From Blastocladiella emersonii ATCC 22665 (taxonomy: Eukaryota; Fungi; Blastocladiomycota): 64,000 nt of DNA. Positions 45,136 to 57,376 of the stretch are shown piece by piece. The translations under genes were made by a program, and so were the position numbers. The notes beneath the pieces are model-generated. The model was not told the origin of the DNA and ran no database searches. It worked only from the letters and a program-made list of their open reading frames with translations. Position 1 is the stretch's first letter. Each line of letters begins with the position of its first letter. The DNA lies in assembly GCA_025594325.1 (NCBI GenBank), contig JANHCV010000015.1, positions 744,001 to 808,000 on the forward strand, written 5' to 3'.

Positions 45136-45960
45136 ATGCTCTCCGCCCACCCGCTCCCGCCGCCGCACCACCCGCTCTACCCCCTGCACCTCGCCGCGCT
45201 CACCATCCAAAGCGCGGTGCGCCGGTGGCTCGCCCGCCGCCGCGCTGCCCACGCCGCGGCGCGGTACGCCGTAGCCGACGCGTCCCTCGCGCTGCGCTCG
45301 CGGATCGCCGCGCTCGACCAGCGGATGCACGTGCGTCTCGCGCGCCTCGACGCCCGCGCCGCGCGGTCCGCCAGCGCGGGCGCCAGCGCGCTCCCGCTCC
45401 TCCGCGTCGACGCCGAACGGCTCGCGGCCGTCAGGCTGCAGCGTTGGTGGCGCCGCGTGTTACAAGCGCGGGTACCCGTGACGAGAAGAAGGGAGAAGCG
45501 GGTGCGGGTGCGGGTGCGGGTGCCTGCACCGACACGGAGCACGACGGCGGCGGTGCAGGTCGCGTCGCCGTGGCCCGCGCGGAGTCCGTGGGACGCGCCC
45601 GCCTCCGCGTCGGATCTCCGTGCCGTTAACGGGTCGCCCGTGGGCGACCGCCTGCGCGTGCTCCGGCGCATGTACAGCGCGCAGGCGGGGCTCGATGCGA
45701 AGCACGCGCCGCTGTCGCGCAGCGGCACATCGACAGTGATGCAGCGCACGGCGGCCGAGCTCGCGGCGCGGATCGGGCGCGAGGCGCGCGCGTGGGACGA
45801 GAGCGGGCGCGACGTCCGCATGGGTGCGCAGCGCGTCGTGCACGGGCTCGCGGTCGTGCAGGGGCATCTGGCGCGGGTCGCAGAGGCGGTGGTCGAGATG
45901 GAGGGTACGCTTCTTCTCACTGATTCGTGTGTAGCAACGGCTGACGAGATGTGTGTGTAG
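45136..45960 (+). CDS. IQ calmodulin-binding motif protein
   Basis: AALTIQSAVRRWLARRR and AAVRLQRWWRRVLQAR. The 3' end may be spliced. Confidence 0.6.
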   Translation: MLSAHPLPPPHHPLYPLHLAALTIQSAVRRWLARRRAAHAAARYAVADASLALRSRIAALDQRMHVRLARLDARAARSASAGASALPLLRVDAERLAAVRLQRWWRRVLQARVPVTRRREKRVRVRVRVPAPTRSTTAAVQVASPWPARSPWDAPASASDLRAVNGSPVGDRLRVLRRMYSAQAGLDAKHAPLSRSGTSTVMQRTAAELAARIGREARAWDESGRDVRMGAQRVVHGLAVVQGHLARVAEAVVEMEGTLLLTDSCVATADEMCV

Positions 45961-46057
45961 CGACGAGCGAGGCGATGTACTCACTTTCCTCATCATCATC
46001 GTTGCAACCGTAATACATTCCGTTCGAGTCGCACCACGCGACCCCATTCCCAACTGC

Positions 46058-47029
46058 TCACAGCTTGTTCTTGGCCTGCTTCTTCATCTCCTCCATGCCC
46101 ATCATCATGACGGCGGTCTGGGTCATCCACGACCCGCCGTCGACCACGAGCACGGTGCCCGTCACGTAGCTGCCGGCCTCGGACGCGAGGTACAGCGTGG
46201 CCATCTCAATGTCGCGGATCGTGCCCATGCGGCGCACCGGGATCGTGTTGATGTACGCCTTGTTCATGCCCGGCGGCATCAGGCGCTACACGTTGGCGGG
46301 ATGTGAGTGTCAGCTCCCAGCAACGCGTCGCACCCAAAGTACGTACAGCAATCCCCTCGGTCCCCTCAATTGGGCCAGGCGCGATCCCGTTGACGCGGAT
46401 CCCGTACTGGCCGAGCTCGACGGCGAGCGTGCGGGTCATGGAGTCGACGCCGTTCTTGGCCGCCGCCGCGTGCGTCTGCATCGGCGTGCCCGCGTACTGC
46501 AGCGTCGCCGTCACGTTGATGACGGTCCCCTTGGACTGCTTGAGCGGCTCCAGGCACGCCTTGATCGTGTTGTAGGTGCCCACGAGGTCAATCTCGATTA
46601 CCGTCTTGAACGCGCGGTACGACAGGCGTTCGGCGGGGGCGAGGAAGTTGCCCGCGGCGCCCGCCACCACAATGTCGATCCGGCCGAACGTCTCCATGGC
46701 CTTGGCGACCGCCGCGATCACCTCCTCGGGCTTGCTACACAGTCCGCACACACGTCCGTAAGCGCTCTGCAGTTCCCCACCCTCCTCCTCGCAGAGCCGT
46801 ACCGCACGTCCGCCGCAACGGGGAGACACTTGCGCCCCGTGGCGGCCTCGAGCTCCTTGGCCGCGACCTCGAGCTTGGCCAGCGTGCGCGACACGATGAC
46901 CGCGTCGCACCCGTGCCGCATGAGCGCCTCGGTCATGCCCTTGCAGATCCCGCTCCCGCCGCCCGTCACGAAGGCGACTTTGCCCGCGAACAGGTTCGGG
47001 GAGTAGATGTCGGTCGTCGGCGTCTTCAT
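46058..47029 (-). CDS. SPS19: Peroxisomal 2,4-dienoyl-CoA reductase (SDR family), two introns
   Basis: VAFVTGGGSGIC, GAAGNFLAPAE, THAAAAKNGVDSMTRTLAVELG, VNGIAPGPI, VVDGG; ends in NKL. Confidence 0.92.
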
Positions 47030-47450
47030 GGTATGGTGTTGATTTCGTTGCAATGGGGGGGGGGGGTGTCGTGAGGGAAGAGAGCGTGGGTGGGCGATGG
47101 GAGTTCGCCTTTTGAAGGCCGCTGGCGATCGACGAGGGCGGGCGACGCGTTGCGTTTCGGCTTTCTCGGATGTTCGTCGAGCCGCCCGATGTCGTGTGAA
47201 TTCGGCCGTCCAGACCTCAAGCGGCAGCAGGACTTGGCCCCCCTGGCGACAGCGACAGCGACAAGTCCTTCACGGCGGTGATCCATGTCACCGCGAACGA
47301 GTTCATCGCAACGGCGATCAAGCGCACGAAGCCGGGCGAGTCCTCGACGAGGGGCGGAAGAGACGGCGGGAGGTTTGATGGAACAGGTTCGTTTGTATTT
47401 CACGACATCGAGACCCGCACCGCTAAACCGTTCTCTCGCGAGAAACGAGT

Positions 47451-48638
47451 TTAGGCCTTGGCCTTGCGCTCGAGGAGGGCCTTGCGGTCGTTGTCGAGGT
47501 GGAGCTTGGTGACGACCACGTTCGAGGGGTGGATGCCGACGGGGACCGAGGTGCCGTTGACCTTGTCGCGGGTGATGCGCTCAATGTGGATCACGTACTT
47601 CTTGCGGTACACCTGCATGACCTTGCCCTCCTGGCCCTTGAAGTTGCCGCGGACAATCTTGACCTCGTCGTCCTTGCGGATCGGGACGGCCTTGACGTTG
47701 TGCTTCTCGCGCAGCTCCTTGGCGAGGGGAGCCGACATGATCACACGGCGGACGTGCGAGGGGGCCGTGAAGTGGGCCTTGCGGCTCTTGCGGCGAGACG
47801 AGGACACGTCTGGAGAAAACACCAGGCGACACTCAATTAGTCTTCTGATCGGTTTGCACAGAGGCATGCGATGCGAGCGAGAGGGGAGGCAAGGCCGCAC
47901 TTCACGGCCCGTCACCGAGGCAGCGCCGGACGACCGAGATCGAACGACACCACCCGGTGCGAGCGAGAAGCACAACGCAAGCCGGCCACCACCACCACAA
48001 CGAACGCACACCATCCGAGCCACCAACCACCGCAGAGCAGGGGACACGCGGCGAACCGCCACGGCGCGTGCGAACCCGCAGGGGGCGCATACACGACCGT
48101 GATCCCGCTCGGGACGGGCCCGCCCAGACACGCATGAGAACGAGAATGGGCGGACCGCGCCGCCGTAGCACACGCAGAGGGCGCAACACACTAGTCACAC
48201 GGACACACACAACACACCTCCCGCCGTCCCACACCACGGCGCCCCGTCCGGAGGGCAGGGCGCTGGGCGCGGTCAGGGGTTGGAGTCACGGGAATCACCC
48301 AGGAAAACGAAAAAAAAAAAAAAACACACGAGACGGCGAGATTTCCAAACACCTCGACCACACGCCAGCCAGGAGGGCCGCGGGGAGGGATCACGGGCGG
48401 CGGGAAGATGGCGGAGCGAGCCGCGCGAACGAGCGAGTACGCGCACGAGCGCGAGATACGGGTCGAGCGAAGAGTTTCGTGTCCCCTACACTGCAGGGGG
48501 GTGGCACGCGGATGGATGCGGGTGGTGACTGGGCCGGGCAGCACGGCTCCATTTACCGTGCTGCTCACCGCGCGCGAGCGGATTTTTTGTCGATTACATG
48601 CGGCGGGGCGACTGACGCGCACCCTTAGAATACTTCAT
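47451..48638 (-). CDS. RPL26: 60S ribosomal protein L26 (uL24); exons 48638-48623 and 47809-47451, 813-bp intron
   Basis: MKYSK|[29 protein letters not shown]...PIRKDDEV...[18 protein letters not shown] donor and TTTTCTCCAG acceptor. Confidence 0.96.
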
Positions 48639-49275
48639 TTTTTGGGATAATGCTTCGTCCGTGATGTTCGAGAGGGAGCGAGGACGATGTGGGCGGGCAG
48701 CCTGAAGTAGGGGAGGCGACGGCCGCGGCCGCCTGCCAGCCGCGGACCCAAGCCGCACTTGGTTGCAGCCACAGCTCGCCCCTTCACTTCACCTCACCTC
48801 TGCTGTTCCCTTGAGCCCGTTCCTCAACATGGTTGCGACCACGCGTGCCAGTGATCCTTGGCCCAGCTTCACAAAGAGCGCTCTCGCTGACGCGTCCTTG
48901 CCGTGCCGTGCGGCTGCCGCCCGCGCTCGCCGAGGCGACGAACGAGGAGCGCACATCGTCGAGGGGCGGCGGGTCCTGGCCGACGTCGAGGTGTGGTAGG
49001 TGCGCGACGGGCGGCGGCGGAGACGAGTCGGCCGAGTCGACGTCCATTTCGTACGAGAGGTCAAAGTCGCCGAAATCAGGGCGCCGAGGCGGGACTTCTG
49101 GTGGCCGCGGGCGGTCGGGCAGCAGCGGCGGTGGGTTCGCGCATGGCAGTGGTGGTGGCGGGCTGGAAGGTGGGGACGGCGGCGCGTCGATGCACAACGG
49201 CGGCCGTGGAAAGCGAGGGGCGGCCGCTCGTGGGCGGGCCGCGCGTGCGCAGTTCAGTGCGCGTCGCTTGCGATC

Positions 49276-49314
49276 GTGGTGGTGGTGGTGGTGGTGGTGG
49301 TGGTGGTGGTGGTG
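49276..49314. repeat. (GTG)13 microsatellite; reads as poly-His in the minus-strand low-complexity ORF 48784-49440
   Basis: Read directly from the sequence. Whether the surrounding ORF is coding is uncertain. Confidence 0.9.
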
Positions 49315-52300
49315 CTGGGCCGAGTGAAGGTGGCTGAAGCTAGCAATCGTCGTGGCGAGTGCTAGCACTCGCTGCGTTGACGGCATTGATGGCAGGAGTA
49401 CGACGTACGATATGCGAGGAAGCCGTACGAGAAAGACCAAGATCGACGTCCATGCGGTCCGCGGCAGCGGAGCGGCAGCGGGTCGTGGTGGGAGCCGGTC
49501 GGCGCTTGGAGGTGACGGCGAGCGGGCGGGCTGCGCGCGACGCGACGCGATGGAGAGGAGGGCGGTGAGAACGGCGGCATAGGGAGGGAAGTGCCTTCGT
49601 CGATCTCGCCGGCCTCGTCGAAGGGAACGTCGGGGAACGAGACGAGGATGGCCAGCGGCCGCGGCAGAAGCCGCCCGCTGCCGCGCTGGGCGGCATCGGA
49701 CAGGCGCGGGTCAGTCTCACGAGCGAGGGCGCGGGACAGGTTTCTGGGCGAGGGTAGGGGCGGTGGAGGCGGGGGTTCAGTCGCGCGCTGCGCCGTGATG
49801 GTTCGGCGCGCAAGTCGCGGTCGCGGCCAGGCGAGCGTGGTTTCGGCGACGGCATGGCTGCGGGAGGTCGATGTCGATGTCGATGCTGAGATTCTTGGCG
49901 AGGAGGGAAACGAGAAGGTTTATACAAGTGCGCTCGCCGGAGACTTGGTCAGCGCAGCGCAGCGTGCGTGAAAGGCAGTCGACTCACGGCGGCCCGCGGC
50001 GGCATCGCGAGCGCGTCGCTAAGGTGAGCGTGGGTGTGCTTCGAGGCTGCACACGCATTGCATCAGGTTGCATAGTCCGCAGGCTTCATGCGTAAGCTTC
50101 GCGGGGAGGAGGAGACGCGGCAGGGCGCTTGTTTCGCCTCACATGCGTAGGTCCGAGGCGGTCGGCGGTCGCGAGTCGGCCGAGTTCGAGCGCGAGTACA
50201 CACGCACGAAGCGAAAGACAGAGAGCATAACACTAGCAACACATGCTCCCGGAGGAGCCAGTTGCCCCGCCCGGAAGGGCGGGGATCATAAAATAGCGAC
50301 GAACTCCTTCGCGCGTCCGCGGAGGAGGAAACGAAGCGCACGTACCCATGATACGTACCACGAGGCGCACCCACGCGCTCCGCGCGGATCCCTCTACCAG
50401 GTCCGTCACCGGGTCATCGAGGAGGACCGCGCGAGGCAGGGTGCGCACTGGAACCGAGACCCGCCACGTTGATGCGAAGAGAGAAGAGGGTGAGGAGGTG
50501 CAATACTCCAAGGGAAATCGTGCGCGGCACCAAACCCCCACCACCGTCCGCTGAGACCCCGCCAAGGCAGCTTATTTCCTTCACTGCCAAGGCTGCTCCG
50601 GCTCGACACCCCCGGGCGGACGATGGAGGCGATATCGCGACCAGCCGGGAATGAAGAGCTCACGGAAACAACAAGTGGTGGATTCGCTAGGCTCGCAGCA
50701 GGAGGCCACACTCCTTTGGTGTGGCCGCCGCAGAGACGACTAGAATGCCTGCGCCGTGTCCGCGCCCACGCCGCATCGGACGACGTGGACCCCACCCGTA
50801 CACGTTCGTCGGCGTGAGAGTGCGACAAGGGCCCCGCCCAGGTCGTGCCGAGAGACGGGTACGGGCGGCGCCGCAGCTGGTAGTGGTGTGCGGGCGGACC
50901 GAGGGGTCGGGTCTCGGTTCATGGGGGTAATGCCATTGCATGGAGTGTGGGGATGAGGTGAGCGATCAAGTAGGGTTGGGTAAGTGGGTTGACGAGCAAG
51001 CGGTCGAGAGGAGAGCGGGGAAGCGGGCCGGGTTTTATACGCGTTGGGCGACTGCACGGCAAGGACGTCGGCGGCCGCGGACACACGAGCAACGCACCCG
51101 TTGGGTCCGTTCGAAGAATAAATAAAAATGCGCGCCTCCCGTCAAAAGTCTTGGCGCGCTCGGTGCAACATTCGAGAAGGGAGACGGCAAGCGCGACGCG
51201 TCCGACGCGCGCGGAACAAGCAAGGTGGGTGACCGCGGTGCGCCACGGGCATCGAGACAGGAGATAGTGGCCAGACTCGGTGCAACGGGATATTTCGGCG
51301 GCAAACGTGCCGAGGACACGAGAAACGAGCGCGTTTACCGCGCCCCCGTCGAGGTGGATGCCGGCCACGTCAGCTTGACGCGGAGCGCGACGGCGGAAAA
51401 CGACGAGGAGTCCTCAATGGACGCCGCGTGCGATGCAGCAAGTGGGATACAGGTGCCGTTTTGGGGTGTCCGAGAGGGAGACGAGGCGGCGGGGTGCGAA
51501 GAAAAGACGCGCCGCGCGGTGGCGGAGATGCGCGACGCGTCTCTCACCGCGGTCGCGTGATGTGAGACACTTTCGACGTGACCGTCCCCCTGAAGATCCT
51601 CTCCCAGCGACCGCTCAACTCTCGCGAGAGGCGTTCCGCGTGGTCGAGTGGCTGCATGTTGAGGATCTCGCGCAAGTGGCTCCGCGCACGCGACTCGGCG
51701 AGCACCGACCGTATCAAGCGCCGTGAGAGCGATCGGGACGTTCCTCGGTGCAGTACGACGTCAAGGGAGCGCTAGAGCGGGAGATCACGGAGAAGTGACG
51801 AGGGCTCGGAGTGCCGGCGGGGGTGGTGACATCGCAGAGGCGCGCGAGTGTGAGCCTGCCCAGAAGGACGGCCGGGAAGATACATTGCAGCGAGTGGGGC
51901 GGCCACGAGAAGCCGTCGAGGGCGCAGCGAGGGCAGGTTGAGTGTGAGGCGGGCCGAGCGAGTCGGCGTCGCTGGCGGCGAGCGAGCGAGAGAGCGCACC
52001 CACCCGTCCCACGTGAAGCTGCAACGCGACGCGTTCCGGCGCGTTTCCCGTGACGTTGCTCTTCGTCCCACTTGCGACAAGGCGCATCGCGCGCGTCTCC
52101 GGGTCGCCCCGTCAGGGGTCGTCGGTGCGCGGCCCAAGTTCAAAGGTCGGGAACCAGGCGACGGGCCACGCCGCGCGCTCGCAGCTGCCGCGACGGGAGA
52201 ATGGCTGCTCGCTCTCAAGCAGTCGCTCTCGCGGATGGATGGGATCGTGAGAGTTGAAGATGAAGCTACCTCGTAGATGATAAGGTTGCGAAACTAGGAT

Positions 52301-53188
52301 GTAGAGGCCATGTGGATGGATGAAGGCTACCTCGCGAGCGTGTGGCAGGCCAAGCAGGGACTGCGCTCGAGGCGCCACAGCGGTAGTATCCTCTTAAAAC
52401 CTGCTCGACGTTTGTCTGGGTCTCTCTCTCGGCCCAGCAGCGCGGCGCAGCAGCTCAACAGCGAGTCTGGAGCGTCTGGAGCGGGCGACCGCTGTCATGG
52501 AGCACTCGCCGCAGGGCGCCGCAGGGCGCCGCGGGACGCATGCACCGGCCCAAGGTGCGGTGCGGGTCGGCCGCAGCGCGTTGCAGGCACTTTCGAGTGC
52601 GATTACGAGTCGCTTTGGGTGCTGCCGAGAGGAGCGGCGACGCCCGATCGCGCCAGAAGCAGCCGAGGCGACCATGGGAACGCGGGGGAGGCTCGGCGCC
52701 GACGTGCCGGTCGCGTGCGTGGCGGCGCCGGAGCTCCTCTCCACCTCTTCTCCTCGTCGCCTGCTCCCGCGGCCATGGTACGTGACGCCGGGTTGATCGC
52801 ACCACAGTGGGATGGCACGATGTCGCACCATCGACTCTATCCGGCAGACTCGATGGACGCGATGCCGTGGGACACGGGGCGCGAGACACACGCGGCAGTC
52901 GCGTGATTCCTCGACGCGTCTCCCCTGTCTCGCACCGCGGCCACGCGCGGCTGTCTCCACTCGGCTCCCCCGCCCGTCACGCGGCCCGCGACGCGTCGCC
53001 GGTGCACTGTTGCTGTTCGCGCGCGCGGCACTCGCGCCCGTCCCCGTCCGCGGCCGGCCCCTCAAAAGCGCGCCCGTCCCCGCGAGCCGGTCGCTTCTCT
53101 CATCATGCTATCCACGATCTGTAGCAGACCCCATACCCCATACCCGCCACGCATCCGAACGCCCACCGCGACCACGACTACTACCACC

Positions 53189-55521
53189 ATGGACCCCGTC
53201 GCCTTCATCCTGGCCCTCGGCCTCGCGCTCATGGCCCTCTTCTCGACCATGCAGGGCGCCGCCGCCTTCGCCACCCCCGCTGCTGCCGCGCCCATGTGCG
53301 CGTCCCCGTCCGCCCTCTTCCTTCTCGCCGAGATCTGCCCCCGCGCCTCCGCCTCGCTCGTCCCCTCGGCATCGACTACCTCGACTACTACTCCCGGAAA
53401 CGCCATCTTCGACTTCATCGCGACCAAGTTCGACTACAACCTGTACGCCGCCGACTCGATCGACGGCACCTACGACAACGCGACCGACTTCCCCGCGACC
53501 CGCACTGGCTGCGCCTTCATGTCCTTCCTCAGACCCTCGATTGGTACGTCACCACCCCTTCCTCCCCCCTCGTCGCGGTATCACTCGAGGTGCCGTTCCT
53601 CCCCAAGCTCGCGCGTGGCGCGTCGCGCCGACGTGTGCCGCGCGACGCGTCGCTCAAAGCCGGGAGACGCGCCACGTGGGCCCGCTTTCACCTCCCTTCG
53701 CCGCCCCGCTCTCTCTCTCTCTCTCGATGGCCATGAAACTCACACTCCATGCCCATGTATCTCAGCCTACTACGCGCAACATGTGCGCACCACCGCCACC
53801 TCGGCCGCCGTGACCGCGTACAACTTCATCGGCGCGACCTCGCTCGCCAACCCCGACTTCACCGACTTCTCCAACCTGACCGACGTCACCATCATCTCTT
53901 CCTGCGGCCCGCTCGCCCCAGGCACCGACTCCAACTTCCTCTACATCCCGTGCGCGACGCGCGCCAGCCCCATGGGCATCGACTTTGTCCAGAACCAGAC
54001 GCTGCCAGTCGCCCTCGAGGTCGCGGCTACTGCAGCCACGCCTCGGGTCGCTACACCCGCACCCGACTGCATCATCCTTGGCGGTGGCAAGCTATGCAGC
54101 CCCGCCCTCCCCGTCGCGACGACAACGCTGACCGCCGGCCACGCCGCGGCCGTCCTGTCCGACCTGTACTCGGGCCTCAAGGAGCCGACGCTCCGGCTCT
54201 CCAAGACCTTTACCCTCCTCTACTACTCTGCTCTTCGCTCGATCATTGTAATCCCCGATACTCTCCTCCGCGGCGACGCCGCCTCGCTGTACTCCCACCT
54301 CCCCACCGACTTTGCCTCTCTGACTACCCCCGGCCCCGTTGCCATGACTCGACTCGACTACCTCATCACCATCGTTGCCCTGACCATCGTCTTTGGCTTC
54401 GTCACCTCGCTCGCGCTGCGCCACGCGCGGCCCACCTCCAACATCGACTCGGGCGTCCACAACGATCTCGACACGTGCCCCAACTACTCCAACAATCTCA
54501 CGTCGGACCCCAAGACCGACTGGACCGACGGCGACGGCGACGTGACCGTGTCGGGCAGCAGCACCACCGCCATGACCGACGCGACGTGCACCATCTCGCC
54601 CGCCTCGGTCCTCGCGCAGTCGGTCCTCGACCTCGACAACATCAAGTCGGTGACCATGACCGAGTCCGAGATCCTGGGCCAGATCACGACCAAGACCGAT
54701 ATCCCCGCGCGCGACATCGTCGCGCGCCCCGGCACCCCGACTACCGGTCTCGCCGCTGACGCGGGCGTCGCGCAGTCGATCGGCTCGGTGACGCCAACGC
54801 CCATCCTGTGCAAGAACATCAACAACACCAAGTCGACGGCGGCGGCGCTCGACGACGCCGAGGTCGCGCTGGCGACGGACCTCACGATCCCCGCGAGCGA
54901 CCTCGCCTCGCGCCCCACAACCCCGACTACCGGCCTCGCCATCAACGCGTCCATGACCATGTCCAAGACCCTGCCCAACGGCTACGAGAGCGGCTACGAG
55001 ACCGACGCCTCGTGCTCCGACGTCGACGAGAGTGGCTACAAGACCGACGCCTCGTGCTCCGACGTCGAAAAGGACTGGTTCGGCTTCGAGCCCCGCGGTG
55101 CCGCCTCGATCGACCGGCTGTCGTGCTCGGCCCTGCTCTTCAACGGGACCTTCATGACGCCCACGGTCGACGCCCACGTGTTTGCGCCCGCCCTCGCCCT
55201 CGCCGAGCCGCTCGCGCCATCAAGAAGTCCAAGAAGAAGTCGGCGGCCGCCAAGAAGCCCGCCGCTGCTGCCGCCGCCACCGCGTATGCGTCGCCGTCGT
55301 CGTCCGACACGGACCTGGCCGCCGCCGACTACGTCTCCATCAACTCGGCCAAGGTCGTCGACGACATGGACCGCGACGAGTACGTCAAGGTCGACGTGCG
55401 CGACTCGATCCCGACGCCGCCGCCGACCGACTCGGAGCTCGACGGCGAGTACGAGGTCGAGACGGCTGAGGTCGTCAACCAGATGGACTGCGACGAGTAC
55501 GTGCTCGTGCTCGTTCGCTGA
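53189..55521 (+). CDS. Secreted or membrane Thr/Ala/Asp-rich hypothetical protein with internal repeats and an apparent frameshift near 55200
   Basis: Signal peptide MDPVAFILALGLALMALF; intron 53544-53765; TM segment YLITIVALTIVFGFVTSLAL; 42-bp tandem repeat 54986-55069. The C-terminus reads protein-like only in the frame ending at 55521. Confidence 0.6.
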
Positions 55522-56008
55522 CCCGCGGCCGACGTCACGGCCGACTACGACCGCCAGCACCACAACTAGAACCCGTCGGCGCCGCGTGGACGGCGCCGTC
55601 TACACTACTAGACTTGACTACCCTCGGGCGTGTACACACACCCTCCCCCATTCCACTTGTCAAAACATAAAATACCCGACTTAAACTCTAAACATGGCAT
55701 CTCGGCTCAGTCAGCGCGTCGCGCTCCTCAGGCGGTACAGCAGCAGATCCTTAAAGACTCCGCCAAGGCTAGACCCAGTTGTTCGCGTGCGGCCGGAGCT
55801 GACGCTGGTCGCGGACAGCTGACGTGCTTCGCCACCCTTTCAACTCTTTCACACGCGAGGATTCTGCTCAAGAGCGTGTGGATCTCTGTTGAACTCTGCT
55901 GCTGCACGACGCCAGCCTACTTGCTCTCGCCGGCCTCATTACCGGCGCGCCGCGGCCGCCCTGTCGGTACCCGGCCGTGGACCTGAGCGCGAGCCCGAGC
56001 CGCTCATG

Positions 56009-56076
56009 ACCACCGCCACCACCGCCGTTCACGACCACCGCCACCACCGCCGTTTACGACCACCGCCACCACCGCC
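56009..56076. repeat. 25-bp tandem repeat ACCACCGCCACCACCGCCGTT(C/T)ACG x2.7
   Basis: Read directly from the sequence. Confidence 0.85.
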
Positions 56077-57101
56077 GCCGCGGCGCGACTCGACGGCCGC
56101 GAGGGTCTCCTTGAAGACAATGTCCTTGCGAGCGAGGACCGAGTGCTACATGTGGTCGCCGCGGCGCGTCAGCCACCATGCATCGCGCACATCATCCGAC
56201 CCATTAGAACACACAAGTTGTGGGTCGATAGCGCGCACCTCGCGCGTCAGGTCCTGGATGGAGCTCGAGGGCGAGCTGCGCGCCGACTGACGCGCCTGGT
56301 GCCGGTCGCTGCGGATCTGCCGCAGCAGGTAGCCGTTCCGCTCGAAGAGGACGGCCGGGTCGAGCGGGTCTTGGCCAAGTGCGGGGATTTTAGACGTATT
56401 GGCGATGGCGGCGCTGCCAGTCGTGGTCGTGGAGGTGGGGATTGGGCGCGGGGACGTGCGGCAGGACGGGCCGCGGTGCCGGTGCCGGTGCCGGGGTCGA
56501 GGTTCGCGCGCGGCGGGGGCGGTGGGAGGTCGTCGGAGGGCCGTGGAACGGTCGACGACGGCGTGTTGGACTCGGTGATCGACAGCGGGCTCGACTCGCC
56601 CTGCTGCTGCGGCAGCTCAAAGAACAACTACGAGGGAGGCACGCGACAGGTCAGCAATCTGCGTCCATCACACGACCCCACATTCAAGAATGCACCTTGC
56701 CGGCCGTGGGTTTCGAGCCTGAACGGCGCGGACACAACGAAGCGGATCAGCCTGTCCACGCCGGCCTCGACCTCGCGGAGCTCGTCGCGCTCGACATGCA
56801 GCGCGGCGTCGAGGAACGGGTCGATGAGCGGCGGTAGGGTGCGCGCGAGCACGCGCTGGCCCGTAACCTGGGCGACTTCGATGGCGGCGTCGCGCTGCGC
56901 GAGTAGGCCGTCAGTCGCCGGAGACCGAGTCGCCGCCGCGGTCGCGGGGTGCGAGAAGGCGTCGCGCACGATCACGACGACGCGGCGGGCACCGACTACC
57001 GGTGCGTCCTCAGCGCGCAGTCCTTGCCTCTCGGACCGCGCGCTCGAGGCTGCACGCGCAGGCTGCAGCTTCAGCGGCCGTGGGACCAAGCTCGGCGGCA
57101 A
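56030..57101 (-). CDS. Hypothetical multi-exon protein
   Basis: Intron-like segments near 56695-56625 and 56245-56145. Helical coding pieces LIDPFLDAALHVERDELREVEAGVDRLIRF and DPAVLFERNGYLLRQIR. The exon chain is unresolved. Confidence 0.4.
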
Positions 57102-57376
57102 CGGCGGCGGCGGGGACCTCGGCCGCAGCCGCGCATACCGAGCTTGACTAGTAGGCCCGGTGCGAGATTTTCATGATGTTTCCATGTATACAATGACTTC
57201 GTGGGAGGAGCGCGAACTCTTGATGGCGGGAGGCCAGCTGGCCGCCGCGAAGGTCAGCCGTGTGGCTTGGGCGCGGAATCAGGTGATGTCCCTCGGCCTG
57301 TCTCTCTTGTTCGTCACCGCCGCTGCCAATCTCTCTGCTCTCCCTCCCTAGCAACCGAGCCCATGCAGCAGTAACC

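Noticed and set aside
50000-53100. Many short ORFs and possible ncRNA in a 3-kb gene-poor stretch
   Set aside because: No splice-consistent coding pattern, conserved motif or convincing stem structure. Most likely a long promoter or intergenic region.
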